Shown piece after piece: positions 27,434 to 36,673 of a DNA stretch of 64,000 nucleotides. Each line of letters begins with the position of its first letter. Within the stretch, counting starts at the first letter, position 1. A program made the translations under genes and the position numbers. Origin of the DNA: an uncultured Acidimicrobiales bacterium (GTDB taxonomy: Bacteria > Actinomycetota > Acidimicrobiia > Acidimicrobiales > Aldehydirespiratoraceae). The stretch spans positions 579,808-643,807 of the forward strand of contig CATQHS010000001.1 in the NCBI GenBank assembly GCA_958296055.1, in the 5' to 3' direction. The notes below the pieces were generated by a model. It saw only the letters and a program-made list of their open reading frames with translations. It did no database searches and had not been told where the DNA came from.

Positions 27434-28366
27434 TCAGGGCTGGCTCCGGGGGGTCTCGGCCCGGGCGGACAGGCGGCGCTCCAGGTCGACCACGAAGGGG
27501 TGGGGCTCCTGGCCGACGGCACCCGGGAGCATCTCGGCGATCCCCGCTGGCGTCCACCGGTCGCCCGGCGCCCACATCGACCGCAGCTCCGCCGGCTGGT
27601 TCCACACCGAGATCCGCCGCCCCACCACGGTGTAGATCTGGGCGTTGACCTCGCGGCCGGCGTCGCTCATCAGGTAGACGGCCATGGGGGCCACGTCGGC
27701 GGGCTCGCCGGTCTCGATCTCGAACGGCACGTTCTCGCTCATGCGGGTCCGGGCCACCGGGGCGATGCAGTTGGCGTTGATGGGCGGGCCGCCCCGCAGC
27801 CTCAGGCTGGCGGCCAGCAGGGCCGCGGAGCGGGTGAGGCTCACCACCCCGCCCTTGGCCGCGGCGTAGTTGGCCTGGGCCACCGAAGCCACGAACGCCC
27901 CCGAGGCGAAGCCCACCAGCGACCCGCCGGTGGGCTGCTTGCGCATCCGGGCCAGCCCGGCCCGGTACAGGTTGAAGTGTCCCTTGAGGTGGACGGCCAC
28001 CACATGGTCCCACTCCTCCTCGGTCATGTTGAACAGCATCCGCTCCCGCAGGACCCCGGCCGGGCAGGCGATCCCGTCGATGGCGCCCCAGGTGTCGCAG
28101 GCCGCGGCCACGATCTCGGCCCCCACGGCGAAGACCGAGACATCGCCGGCCACGGCCACCGCCGCGCCCCCGGCGGCGGCGATCTCGTCGGCCACCGCCC
28201 GGGCCCGCTCGCTCGACGGGTTGGACCCGTCGAGGTCCACGCCGTAGTCGGCCACCACCACGTTGGCCCCCTCGGCCGCGCAGGCCAGCGCCACGGCCCG
28301 GCCGATGCCGCTGCCGCCGCCGGTCACCGCGACGGTCTTGCCCTCGAGGTGGCAGGTTTCAGCCAC
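27434..28366 (-). CDS. SDR family oxidoreductase (about 310 aa, extended C-terminus)
   Basis: Motifs TGGGSGIG and YAAAK. Confidence 0.8.
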   Translation of the reverse strand: MAETCHLEGKTVAVTGGGSGIGRAVALACAAEGANVVVADYGVDLDGSNPSSERARAVADEIAAAGGAAVAVAGDVSVFAVGAEIVAAACDTWGAIDGIACPAGVLRERMLFNMTEEEWDHVVAVHLKGHFNLYRAGLARMRKQPTGGSLVGFASGAFVASVAQANYAAAKGGVVSLTRSAALLAASLRLRGGPPINANCIAPVARTRMSENVPFEIETGEPADVAPMAVYLMSDAGREVNAQIYTVVGRRISVWNQPAELRSMWAPGDRWTPAGIAEMLPGAVGQEPHPFVVDLERRLSARAETPRSQP

Positions 28367-28421
28367 CGGCGGCCCTCCAGCCGCGGCTCTCAGCCACCGG
28401 CGGGGTTGCTAGCAACCGCGC

Positions 28422-29732
28422 TCAGTCGCCGTTGGCAGCGCTTTCCTCGGAGCGGCCCCGGTTCCGCAGGGCGGCGAGGAGGTCCACGCCGGTGGCGGCC
28501 TCCACCTGCTCGGTCATGGCCACCAGCGAGGCGGGCAACTGGCTCAACAGCCCGGGTATGCCCCCGGCCGACCCGCCGCTGCCGCCGTTGCCGGATGATC
28601 CGGCGCCGCTGTCCACCACCGCCACCCGGTCGATGGTCACGCCCTGCACCGTGGACACGATCTTGTCGACCAGCTCGGGCAGCATGTTGAGCACCAGCAG
28701 GTCGTGGCCGTCGGCGCCGGCGGCCTGGTACTGCTCGGTCAGGCGGCGGAACACCTCGACCTGGGCCTTGCCGTCCTCGACGATGCGGGCCGCGTCGGCC
28801 TGGGCCTGGAGTTGGCGGGCCTCCAGCTCGGCCCGGGCCGGGATGACCACGTCGGCCTCCACCCGGCGCTTCTCCAGCTCGATGCGCTCCTGCTCCAGTC
28901 GCTGGCTGGCCACCGCCTTGGCCGTCTCGCCAGCCACCAGCGCCTCCTCCTCCCGGGCCTTGGAGATGGCCTCCAGCTCGGCGGTGCGGACCCGCAGGGC
29001 GTTCTGCTCCTCGACGATGGCCTTCTCGGCCTCGATGATGGCCACCTGGGCGGCCCGGTGGGCCTCGGCCTCGGCCTGCTCGGACTCAGAGGCGCGGTTG
29101 GCCTCGGCCACCCTGGCGTCCTTCACCACCTCGGCGGTGAGGCGGCGCCCCACCGACTCCAGGTAGTTCACGTCGTCGGTGACGTTCTGAATCTTCAGCA
29201 CGTCCAGCTCCAGGCCCAGGGTCTTGATGTCGTCGTCGGCCTCGTCGATGAGTTGCTGGCTGAACTTGAGCCGGTCCTCGTTCACCTCTTCGGGCGACAT
29301 GGTGGCCAGCACGCCGCGGAGGTTGGCCTCGAGGGTCTCCTTGGCGATCTGGCCGATGGCCTGGTGTTTGACGTTCAGGAACCGCTCGGCCGCGTTCTCC
29401 AGCAGGCTCTCGGTGCTCGACACCTTCACGTTGGCGATGCCCTGGACGTTGAGGGGGATGGTGCCCTTGGAGTAGGCGTTGGACACCGAGACCTCCAGCG
29501 GGATGGTGTTGAGGTCCATCCACGACACTTTCTCGATGATGGGGATGCGCATGGTCCGGCCCCCCCTGAGGACGCGGTAGCCGACCATCCGCCCGTCGGA
29601 CAGGGCCCGCTTGCGGCCGGAGATGACCGCCACCCGGTTGGGCGGGCAGATGATGATCAGCCGCTTGATGATCATCACGATGAAGATCACGACCAAGGCC
29701 AAGATCAGCCCCAGTGTCATTCCTGTGCTCAC
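28422..29732 (-). CDS. flotillin / SPFH (band 7) domain protein
   Basis: N-terminal TM segment, SPFH core, and a long EA-rich coiled coil (EAEAHRAAQVAIIEAEKAIVEEQNAL). GTG start with a GGAGA RBS. Confidence 0.85.
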   Translation of the reverse strand: MSTGMTLGLILALVVIFIVMIIKRLIIICPPNRVAVISGRKRALSDGRMVGYRVLRGGRTMRIPIIEKVSWMDLNTIPLEVSVSNAYSKGTIPLNVQGIANVKVSSTESLLENAAERFLNVKHQAIGQIAKETLEANLRGVLATMSPEEVNEDRLKFSQQLIDEADDDIKTLGLELDVLKIQNVTDDVNYLESVGRRLTAEVVKDARVAEANRASESEQAEAEAHRAAQVAIIEAEKAIVEEQNALRVRTAELEAISKAREEEALVAGETAKAVASQRLEQERIELEKRRVEADVVIPARAELEARQLQAQADAARIVEDGKAQVEVFRRLTEQYQAAGADGHDLLVLNMLPELVDKIVSTVQGVTIDRVAVVDSGAGSSGNGGSGGSAGGIPGLLSQLPASLVAMTEQVEAATGVDLLAALRNRGRSEESAANGD

Positions 29733-29820
29733 GTTTGTCTCCTCGCTTTCACGCCGCTCGTTTTCTTCGAGCGTTCATTCCTTGAGTTCTCGTTTTCTTT
29801 GGCTGTCGTTCTTTGAGCGC

Positions 29821-30381
29821 TCATGTTTCGAGTTCGCTCATTCCCTCGAGTTCGGGGGCCAGCCGGGTCACCAAGGCGACGCCGTCCTTGACCCTCACCA
29901 CGATGACCCGGGCGCCCACCTCGATCTCGCCGTTCTCGCCCTCGTCCACCGGGGCTGCGGTCATCCGGGCCTGCGAGCCGCCCACGTCGAGCACGATCCG
30001 GCCCCGGTGCAGGGCCGAGACGGGCAGGGCCACCCGGGCGATGGTCCCCTCCAGTTCCTTGTCGGTCACCTCGCTGGAGACCTCGGTGCGGCGGAGCCAG
30101 GCGAACACGGTGCTGTTGAGGACGCCGGCCACGACGCCGATGGCCAGGGCCAAGCCCAGGGCGGTCACCGGCCCGGTGCCGGCCCAGCGGGTCACCAGCC
30201 CGGTGACGCCGAAGAAGGTGAGCACGAAGGCCAGGGTGCTCAAGGGGATGACCGACATCACCCCGCCGCCGCTGCCGTCGGCGTCGGCGTCGCCGCCCAG
30301 ATCGGCGTCTCCCCCGCTGAAGACGAACCACAGCAGCAGGGGGGCTCCGGCCGCCAGAGCGAAGATGAACAGCCCGTTCAC
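29821..30381 (-). CDS. NfeD family membrane protein
   Basis: Three or four TM spans plus a C-terminal OB-like segment (GTIARVALPV...GRIVLDVGG...ARVIVVRV). It lies upstream of the flotillin gene, the classic nfeD-flotillin pairing. Confidence 0.7.
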   Translation of the reverse strand: MNGLFIFALAAGAPLLLWFVFSGGDADLGGDADADGSGGGVMSVIPLSTLAFVLTFFGVTGLVTRWAGTGPVTALGLALAIGVVAGVLNSTVFAWLRRTEVSSEVTDKELEGTIARVALPVSALHRGRIVLDVGGSQARMTAAPVDEGENGEIEVGARVIVVRVKDGVALVTRLAPELEGMSELET

Positions 30382-30521
30382 CCCGGTGAAGCTAGTGTCT
30401 GGCCGTGGCTTCTGCTCCCGCTCTGGCCGCGGTAGCGCCGTGAGTTCTCCGGGGCCTTTCAGCCTGGTTCTGGCCGAGGCGGTGCCGTGAGCTTCAGCCC
30501 GGCTTTGGCCGAGGCGGCCCC

Positions 30522-31484
30522 GTGAGCTTCAGCCCCGCTTTCTTCGCGGTCAGGGAGCGGGTCCGCAACTGGGGGCGGTGGGGGCCCGACGACCGGCTCG
30601 GCACCTTGAACCTGATCGACGACACGGCAGTGGCCCGGGCCGCCTCGCTGGTGCGGACCGGGCGGCGGGTGTCGTGCGCCCTGGACCTCAAGCACGAGGG
30701 CGGGGTGCAGATCGGGCAGATGCACGGCCGGATAAACCCGCTGCACGCCATGGTCAAGATCGACAGCCCCGACCTCGGCGACCCCGACGGAAGGGGCCTG
30801 GTGCCCCATTTCTCCGACGACATCGTGACCATGCCCCTGCAGGCCGCCACTCACTGGGACGGTTTGTCCCACGTCAGCTACGAGCACACCCTCTACAACG
30901 GGGTGTCGGTCGACACCGTCACCGCGGTGGGCGGGGCCACCGTGCTGGGCATCGAGAACGTCCGCTGGCTGACCGGGCGGGGGGTGTTGCTGGACGTGCC
31001 CGCCGCCCGGGGGGTGGAGCGGCTGCCCAGCGACTGCGAGATCACCGGGGCCGACCTCGACGATGCGGCCCGGTTCGGCGGGGTCCAGATGCGTCCGGGC
31101 GACATCGTGCTGCTGCGGACCGGGCGGATGCAGGTGTTTCGCGAGATGGGCGCGGCCGAGTACGTCACCGGCCCCGACCGCGACGGCACCAGCCCCGGGC
31201 CGGGCCTGGAGGCGGTGGAGTGGTTCCACGGCCACGACGTGGCCGCCGTGGCCAACGACACCTACATCTTCGAGGCGTTCCCCGGCCCTAGCTGGGACGA
31301 CGCCCTGGCCGTGCACTGCCTGCACGTGGTGGACATGGGCTTGACCCAGGGCCAGAACTGGGACTTAGAGGAGCTGTCGGCGGCGTGCGCGGAGGTGGGC
31401 CGCTACGAGTTCCTGCTGGCCGCCAACCCGGAGCCCTTCGTGGGCGGCTGCGGCTCCCCGGTCAACCCGGTGGTGATCTTCTAG
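30522..31484 (+). CDS. cyclase family protein (kynurenine formamidase-like)
   Basis: The N-terminal motif NWGRWGPDDRLGTLN and the metal motif ATHWDGLSH are present. The GTG start lies inside a 35-bp tandem duplication (30472-30541). Confidence 0.8.
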   Translation: MSFSPAFFAVRERVRNWGRWGPDDRLGTLNLIDDTAVARAASLVRTGRRVSCALDLKHEGGVQIGQMHGRINPLHAMVKIDSPDLGDPDGRGLVPHFSDDIVTMPLQAATHWDGLSHVSYEHTLYNGVSVDTVTAVGGATVLGIENVRWLTGRGVLLDVPAARGVERLPSDCEITGADLDDAARFGGVQMRPGDIVLLRTGRMQVFREMGAAEYVTGPDRDGTSPGPGLEAVEWFHGHDVAAVANDTYIFEAFPGPSWDDALAVHCLHVVDMGLTQGQNWDLEELSAACAEVGRYEFLLAANPEPFVGGCGSPVNPVVIF

Positions 31485-31852
31485 CCAGAGGTTGGCGGCG
31501 CGCCGGCGGCGGGGGCGGGTTCGGCTGCGGCGCCGACTCGAATCTCGACCGCCGTCTCCTCGTTCCCGTCGTCGAAGGTGGCCACAAGTTGAAGCTCGGC
31601 CCCGAGTTGGCGGAGGTACCGGCGCAGCCGCGACACGCTCATGTCCTCGGCCCGCTCCAGTTGCGAAACCGCGGCCTGGCTGACGCCGAGCCGCGCCGCC
31701 AGGGCATCTTGCGACCATTCGAGGCGTTTGCGCAGCTCGTAGAGGCCGATCTCGGCCAGCGTCTCCTTGCGGATCTCGGCCAGCAGTTCGGCCGCGCCGG
31801 GGCGAGCCAGGAGCTGCTCGCGTAGGATGTTGAAGTTCTTGGTGCTGGGCAT
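31481..31852 (-). CDS. XRE-family HTH antitoxin (HigA-like)
   Basis: HTH segment LRKRLEWSQDALAARLGVSQAAVSQLER. It lies downstream of the toxin gene, which is the HigBA gene order. Confidence 0.75.
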   Translation of the reverse strand: MPSTKNFNILREQLLARPGAAELLAEIRKETLAEIGLYELRKRLEWSQDALAARLGVSQAAVSQLERAEDMSVSRLRRYLRQLGAELQLVATFDDGNEETAVEIRVGAAAEPAPAAGAPPTSG

Positions 31853-31854
31853 CG

Positions 31855-32235
31855 TTACAGCAATCCTTCCTCAGCCAGTTCTCGGAGGTAAAGGTCGTAG
31901 AGATCGTCGGCCGCCGGAACAGCCCAGTCGTACCAGGCACCCCAATTCCCCGACTTGTCGCCGCCGAGCAGCAAGATGGCGTGGCGACGAGGATCGAACG
32001 CAAACAGCACTCGCAGGGCTCCTGCCCTCGACGAAGACGCTCTCAGTTCTTTCATGTTCTTGTGACGAGACGACTTGACGGTGCCGACGCTCGGTCTCCT
32101 GAGGCTCGGGCCCCGCTCGACAAGCAGTTCGACCCGGTCAGCCACGGCGGCCTGCTGTTCCACCGTCAGCGTGTCCCACCAGTCGCCGAACTTGTCGGTG
32201 AACTCGACCTCCCACACTGGCCTAGTATAAACCAC
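31855..32235 (-). CDS. RelE/ParE superfamily toxin (HigB / Gp49-like)
   Basis: 126 aa with the family pattern ...KELRASSSRAGALRVLFAFDPRRHAILLLGGDKSG. Confidence 0.7.
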   Translation of the reverse strand: MVYTRPVWEVEFTDKFGDWWDTLTVEQQAAVADRVELLVERGPSLRRPSVGTVKSSRHKNMKELRASSSRAGALRVLFAFDPRRHAILLLGGDKSGNWGAWYDWAVPAADDLYDLYLRELAEEGLL

Positions 32236-32334
32236 AGCTTTTGAAGCCGCGGCTTGCTGAAGCCGGGCGGGGACGGATGTCTCTGGGGCTGTCGCAGCCA
32301 GGCTCTACCATCACGCGGGTAGCTGGCCGTGGGG

Positions 32335-32489
32335 ATGCCTCGCGGGTCCTCGCCATCGGACAGCAGGCGAGCGACGCGTTGCGAGACCACTTCGGTTTTG
32401 CCGGAGCCGGCCGCCGCGATGATCTGGAGGTGACCGCCGCGGTGCTGGACCGCGGCCAGTGCGTCACCTTCCAAGATCGGCACGTCCAT
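32335..32489 (-). pseudogene. UvrD/Rep-type helicase N-terminal remnant
   Basis: MDVPILEGDALAAVQHRGGHLQIIAAAGSGKTEVVSQRVARLLSDGEDPRGI contains a Walker A motif in UvrD context. By my hand translation, similarity stops after about 50 residues in all three frames. The remnant abuts the HigB start. Confidence 0.6.
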
Positions 32490-32771
32490 CTGTTCATTGT
32501 GCCGGGCGGGCTCCCCCGCCCGCCGCCAGCCTTCAACTTTTCGAACGAGTGTTGCGACTGTCACAGGGGTCTGATACATTGTCGTTACCGGTCATGGAAC
32601 CTCATCACGGGATCGTGTGAGGTTCTGGCACTTCCCCCGGACCGGTGAATCGCCGGCTCCCGGCTGGCCCCGAGTCCGACCCGCCCCTTTCGGGGTCGAC
32701 TGAAGGAAGTGCGTCGTGTTCGAAGCATTCAAGACCTTCACCAAAGCGCTGAACTCCTCTGACGTGGGGGG

Positions 32772-34154
32772 TTGGGCCGGGCCGGGCTGGACGAGGCCAC
32801 CGGCTGGGTCAAACGGGCCCGCTCGGCCCTCGACGCTTACGAGGCCCGGCTGTTGACCGCCGCGAACCGGGCCTTCGACGGGGGCGCGGCCGGGGCCGAG
32901 CTGATCCGGACCGCGGGCGGCTGCTCCCAGCGCGAGGCCCGCCGCCGGGCCCGACGAGCCGAGGCCCTGGCCGAGATGCCCGCGGTGGCCGGCGCGCTGG
33001 CCGAGGGCGACATCACCTCCGAGCACGCCGACGCCCTGGTTCAGGCCGCCAAAGCCACCTCAACGGAGACGGTGGACACCGACCCGGCCCTGCTGGAAAG
33101 GGCCAAGTCGCTGCCCGCCGACCTAGCCGCCCGGGAGGTCACCGACTGGACCACCCGCCGCCAGTCCGCCGAGGACCGCGAGGAGAAGTTCCGCCGCCAG
33201 CGGGCCATGCGCAGCCACCGAATGTGGACCGACGGCGACGGCATGTTCAACTCCCGCGCCCGCCTCGACCCCGTAACCGGCGCCGGCGTCAAAGCCGCCA
33301 TCGACGACGCCGCCAACCGCCTCTACCAAGCCGACGGAGGCCGAGACGGAGGCGACAAGATCCGCACCTGGGACCAGCGCAACGCCGACGCCTTCACCGC
33401 CGCCCTAGGCCTGATCCCCACCCCCGGCGTCGACGGCGATGCCGACACCAAGTCTTCATCCCGCCGCCGAGCCGGTGAGCAAGAACTCAAGCCTGGGGCC
33501 GGTGCGCCAGGCCGGGGGGTGGCACGGGGGCCAGCGTCGGCGCCGCTCGCGGCGACGACCGCCCCCGTGACAGGACCCGCCGGCCGGGGCAAGCCCCCCA
33601 GCCTGCGCAACCAGATCCTCGTCATCGCCCACACCGACGCCATCACCGCCACCGGCACCGACGCCCGCTGCGAAATCCCCGGCACCGGCCCCATACCCCG
33701 ATCCGAATTAGAGCGCCTCGCCTGCGACTCAGACCTGTTCGGAATCCTCTTCAACGGCGACGGCCTGCCCCTATGGCACGGCCGGCGGACCAGAACCGTC
33801 TCACCCCAACAATGGCGAACCCTCGCCGCCCGAGACCGAGGCTGCGTCCTCTGCGGCGCCACCCCCTCCTACTGCCACGCCCACCACATCATCGCCTGGA
33901 CCCCGCCCGCCGAAGGCCCCACCGACATCGACAACCTGGTACTGGTCTGCAACCGCCACCACCACCACATCCACCAGCACAACCTCACCCTCACCCGAAC
34001 CCCCGACGGCAGTTGGGCTGCCCACACCCCCGACCAGCAACGAGCCCCCCGCCCCGCCCAACGACCTGCCGGCCGAGCCCCCGCCAGCCCCAACGCCCGC
34101 ATCCCGCCAGCCCGGGCAGCCAAATCACCGGCAAGCATCCGAGCCGGACCCTGA
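32772..34154 (+). CDS. DUF222 / HNH endonuclease family protein (REP13E12-type), copy 2; probably frameshifted at the 5' end and carrying an in-frame MITE
   Basis: HNH motif CVLCGATPSYCHAHHIIAW...NLVLVCNRHHHHIHQHN. An SD-like GAAGGAAG and GTG 32716 open a different frame (VFEAFKTFTKALNSSDVGG) that meets this ORF at the G6 run 32766-32771. Confidence 0.7.
   Translation: MGRAGLDEATGWVKRARSALDAYEARLLTAANRAFDGGAAGAELIRTAGGCSQREARRRARRAEALAEMPAVAGALAEGDITSEHADALVQAAKATSTETVDTDPALLERAKSLPADLAAREVTDWTTRRQSAEDREEKFRRQRAMRSHRMWTDGDGMFNSRARLDPVTGAGVKAAIDDAANRLYQADGGRDGGDKIRTWDQRNADAFTAALGLIPTPGVDGDADTKSSSRRRAGEQELKPGAGAPGRGVARGPASAPLAATTAPVTGPAGRGKPPSLRNQILVIAHTDAITATGTDARCEIPGTGPIPRSELERLACDSDLFGILFNGDGLPLWHGRRTRTVSPQQWRTLAARDRGCVLCGATPSYCHAHHIIAWTPPAEGPTDIDNLVLVCNRHHHHIHQHNLTLTRTPDGSWAAHTPDQQRAPRPAQRPAGRAPASPNARIPPARAAKSPASIRAGP
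33504..33590 (+). repeat. 87-nt palindromic MITE/REP-like element, copy A (inside HNH gene 2, in frame)
   Basis: It begins on a codon boundary and is 29 codons long. It translates to APGRGVARGPASAPLAATTAPVTGPAGRG. Confidence 0.85.
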
Positions 34155-34261
34155 CCAGCCCGGCCGGGAGGGGGGCTTGGTGGCCGGCGCACCAGGCCGG
34201 GAGGTGGCACAAGCTGGTGATCCCAGCCGGGACCACGGCGATCCTGGACTTGATGGCCAGC

Positions 34262-34348
34262 GCGCCAGGCCGGGGGGTGGCACGGGGGTCAGCGTCGGCG
34301 CCGCTTGCGGCGACGACCGCCCCCGTGACAGGACCCGCCGGCCGGGAC
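34262..34348 (+). repeat. 87-nt palindromic MITE/REP-like element, copy B
   Basis: GCGCCAGGCCGGGGGGTGGCACGGGGGTCAGCGTCGGCGCCGCTTGCGGCGACGACCGCCCCCGTGACAGGACCCGCCGGCCGGGAC. A left-arm fragment lies at 34187-34210. Confidence 0.85.
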
Positions 34349-34481
34349 AAACGAGAACGGCCTGAGAGTCTGCCGGCCGGGACGAACGGCAATAACTGCC
34401 CGCGACATGACCCCAGCCGGAGGAAGCAACGCTCGGGCGGGACGGGCAAAACGGCCACCCCGCGGGGTTTAGGCTTGGCCC

Positions 34482-35459
34482 ATGAGTAGCAGCGCCGTCG
34501 CGGCCGCCGTTTGCGCCGATCCGGTGGCTCTGAACCTGTGGCACCCGGTCGCCGCGGTGGTCGAGACCGCCCCCGGTGCGGTGCATGAGACCCGGCTGCT
34601 CGAAGAGGCCCTGTCCTACGCGGTCACCACCGACGGAGGAGTCCACGCCTGGCGGTCGGCGCCGTCTCTGGCGCCGGGCACGGAGTTCGACGCCGCCTTG
34701 GTCCCCGAGCCCTTGCAGGCCATCAACCGGTTCGGCTACCTCTGGACCAGTTACGGCTCGCCGCCCGACGATCTCTTCGATCTGCCTGAGTTCCACGAGC
34801 CCGACCGTCGCAACGTGTGGGGTGGCACCATCGGAGTCCACACTTCCGCGCCCCGGGCGGTGGAGAACTTCCTGGACATGGGCCACTTCCCCTATGTCCA
34901 CACCGGCTACCTGGGCATCGAACCCCACACCGAGGTAGCCGACTACGACGTAGACCTGAGCCCGGACGGCTCGGAGGTCGTCGCCACCCGCTGCCGGTTC
35001 TTCCAGCCGATGGGCGCCGTCAACGCTTCGGGCGGGATGATGGTGGGGTACGTGTACCGGGTACCCCACCCCTACTGCGCCGTCCTCTACAAGTCGAACT
35101 CCGTCGACGAGTCCCGAAACGACGCCATAACCATCTTTTGCCAGCCCATCGACGAGGTGACCATCCGGGCCCACATGCTGCTGTCGATGCTTGACGACGC
35201 TAGCGATGACCGGGCCATCAAGCGGTTCCAGTTGCTCATCTTCGGCCAAGACAAGCCCATCCTCGAGAACCAGCACCCCCGGCGCCTGCCCTTGGAGCCC
35301 CGGGCCGAGACGCCAATCCGCTCCGACAAAATGTCGATCGCCTACCGGCGCTGGCTGGCCGATATGGGCCTTACCTACGGCGTCACCCCGCCCGAGGGAT
35401 CCCGAGGGCGGGTGGACGACGGGTGCCGCGACCCCGGGCCGTCACCGACCCAGAAATGA
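34482..35459 (+). CDS. Rieske-oxygenase alpha-subunit-like protein lacking the Rieske Cys/His ligands
   Basis: The catalytic-domain motif ENFLDMGHFPYVH (His-x4-His) is present. The N-terminal about 100 aa have the Rieske-like layout (LWHPVAAV...) but no CxH...CxxH. Confidence 0.6.
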   Translation: MSSSAVAAAVCADPVALNLWHPVAAVVETAPGAVHETRLLEEALSYAVTTDGGVHAWRSAPSLAPGTEFDAALVPEPLQAINRFGYLWTSYGSPPDDLFDLPEFHEPDRRNVWGGTIGVHTSAPRAVENFLDMGHFPYVHTGYLGIEPHTEVADYDVDLSPDGSEVVATRCRFFQPMGAVNASGGMMVGYVYRVPHPYCAVLYKSNSVDESRNDAITIFCQPIDEVTIRAHMLLSMLDDASDDRAIKRFQLLIFGQDKPILENQHPRRLPLEPRAETPIRSDKMSIAYRRWLADMGLTYGVTPPEGSRGRVDDGCRDPGPSPTQK

Positions 35460-36460
35460 AGGCTCAGACCAAAGCCACAACGAAGGCCCTGGCCACACCG
35501 TCGGGTTTGGGGGCCGCGGGTCTGGAAGTGGCCGTGGTGGGCAGCGCCAACCTGGATCTGGTGGTAGCGGTGGATGCCGTCCCGGTGGCGGGTCAGACGG
35601 TGCTGGGCGGCGACTTGGCCCGCATCCCCGGCGGCAAGGGGGCCAACCAGGCCGTGGCCGCGGCCCGGCTGGGCCGGAGCGTGGCCATGGTCGGGCGGGT
35701 CGGCGACGACGAGGCCGGGGCCGTGCTGCGGGAGGCGCTGGCCGGGGCCGGGGTGAACGTCGCCTACCTGCTGACCGCGTCCGGCGTCCCCAGCGGGGTG
35801 GCGCTCATCGCGGTGGGAGCCGATGGCGACAACGCCATCGTGGTCAGCCCCGGCGCCAACGGCCGGGTGGGTGTCGGCGACGTGATCGCGGCCGAGGCGG
35901 TCCTGGGCCGGGCCAAGGTGACCTTGCTCCAGCTCGAGATCCCCCTCGACGCGGTGATCGCCGCGGCGGCGGCCTCGGGCGGGACGGTGGTGCTGAACCC
36001 GGCCCCGGCCACTCCCCTGCCGGGCGGCCTGCTCGACCGCATCGACGTGCTGGTCCCCAACCAGACCGAGTTGGCCGCGCTGACCGGCCACGACGGGCCG
36101 GTGGACGCCGAGACGGCCGCCGACCTGGCCCGCCAGCTCCCGACAGCCGCCGTGGTCGTCACCCTGGGGGCCGGGGGGGCGCTGGTGGTGGCCGGGGCCC
36201 ATGTGACCCTGGTGCCGGCCCCGCCGGTAGCACCAGTTGACACCACCGCGGCTGGCGACGCCTTCTGCGGCGCCTTGGCCGACGCGCTGGTGGGCGGCGC
36301 CGACCTGACGGAGGCGGCGAACTGGGCAGTGCGGGTGGGCGCGGCCGCCACCCTGCGACCCGGCGCCCAGCCCTCGCTGCCCACCCAATCCGAGGTCGAG
36401 AGCCTGCTGCCCGATGCCGCCAGCGGCGACCCCGCCCCCAATCGGCACCTGGACCTTTGA
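35456..36460 (+). CDS. rbsK: ribokinase
   Basis: Motifs GGKGANQAVAAARLG and DTTAAGDAFCGAL. ATG 35456 overlaps the upstream TGA (ATGA). Confidence 0.8.
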   Translation: MKAQTKATTKALATPSGLGAAGLEVAVVGSANLDLVVAVDAVPVAGQTVLGGDLARIPGGKGANQAVAAARLGRSVAMVGRVGDDEAGAVLREALAGAGVNVAYLLTASGVPSGVALIAVGADGDNAIVVSPGANGRVGVGDVIAAEAVLGRAKVTLLQLEIPLDAVIAAAAASGGTVVLNPAPATPLPGGLLDRIDVLVPNQTELAALTGHDGPVDAETAADLARQLPTAAVVVTLGAGGALVVAGAHVTLVPAPPVAPVDTTAAGDAFCGALADALVGGADLTEAANWAVRVGAAATLRPGAQPSLPTQSEVESLLPDAASGDPAPNRHLDL

Positions 36461-36673
36461 TTTGATCTAGACCCGATCTAGACCCGAGAGCCGACAGCAG
36501 GGTCATACAGATCACAGGCCGCGCTACTCCCAGCTCGGGTTGCGATCAACTCGCCAACGACCACGCTGATGTCGACGACCTCCGACGGGCTCGCCGTGCC
36601 GCGTAATGGTAGCCACGACATCAATCGTGTCTGGGGTGTCGGATCACCGGCAAGACCTGGGCCCGGAGCCAGC

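Noticed and set aside
29733-29820. Small ORF (MNARRKRAA, 9 codons) and repeated GAGCG[T/C]TCAT motifs in the lower-GC nfeD-flotillin spacer
   Set aside because: It is too short to support as a gene. The repeats are weak. The spacer most simply provides the flotillin RBS (GGAGA).
36478-36621. 47-codon minus-strand ORF (MSWLPLRGTASPSEVVDISVVVGELIATRAGSSAA...) as a PIN/VapC N-terminal remnant next to MITE copy C
   Set aside because: Only a vague resemblance to the VVDaSVvv start of VapC toxins. It is too short, no antitoxin partner is recognisable, and it may be chance.
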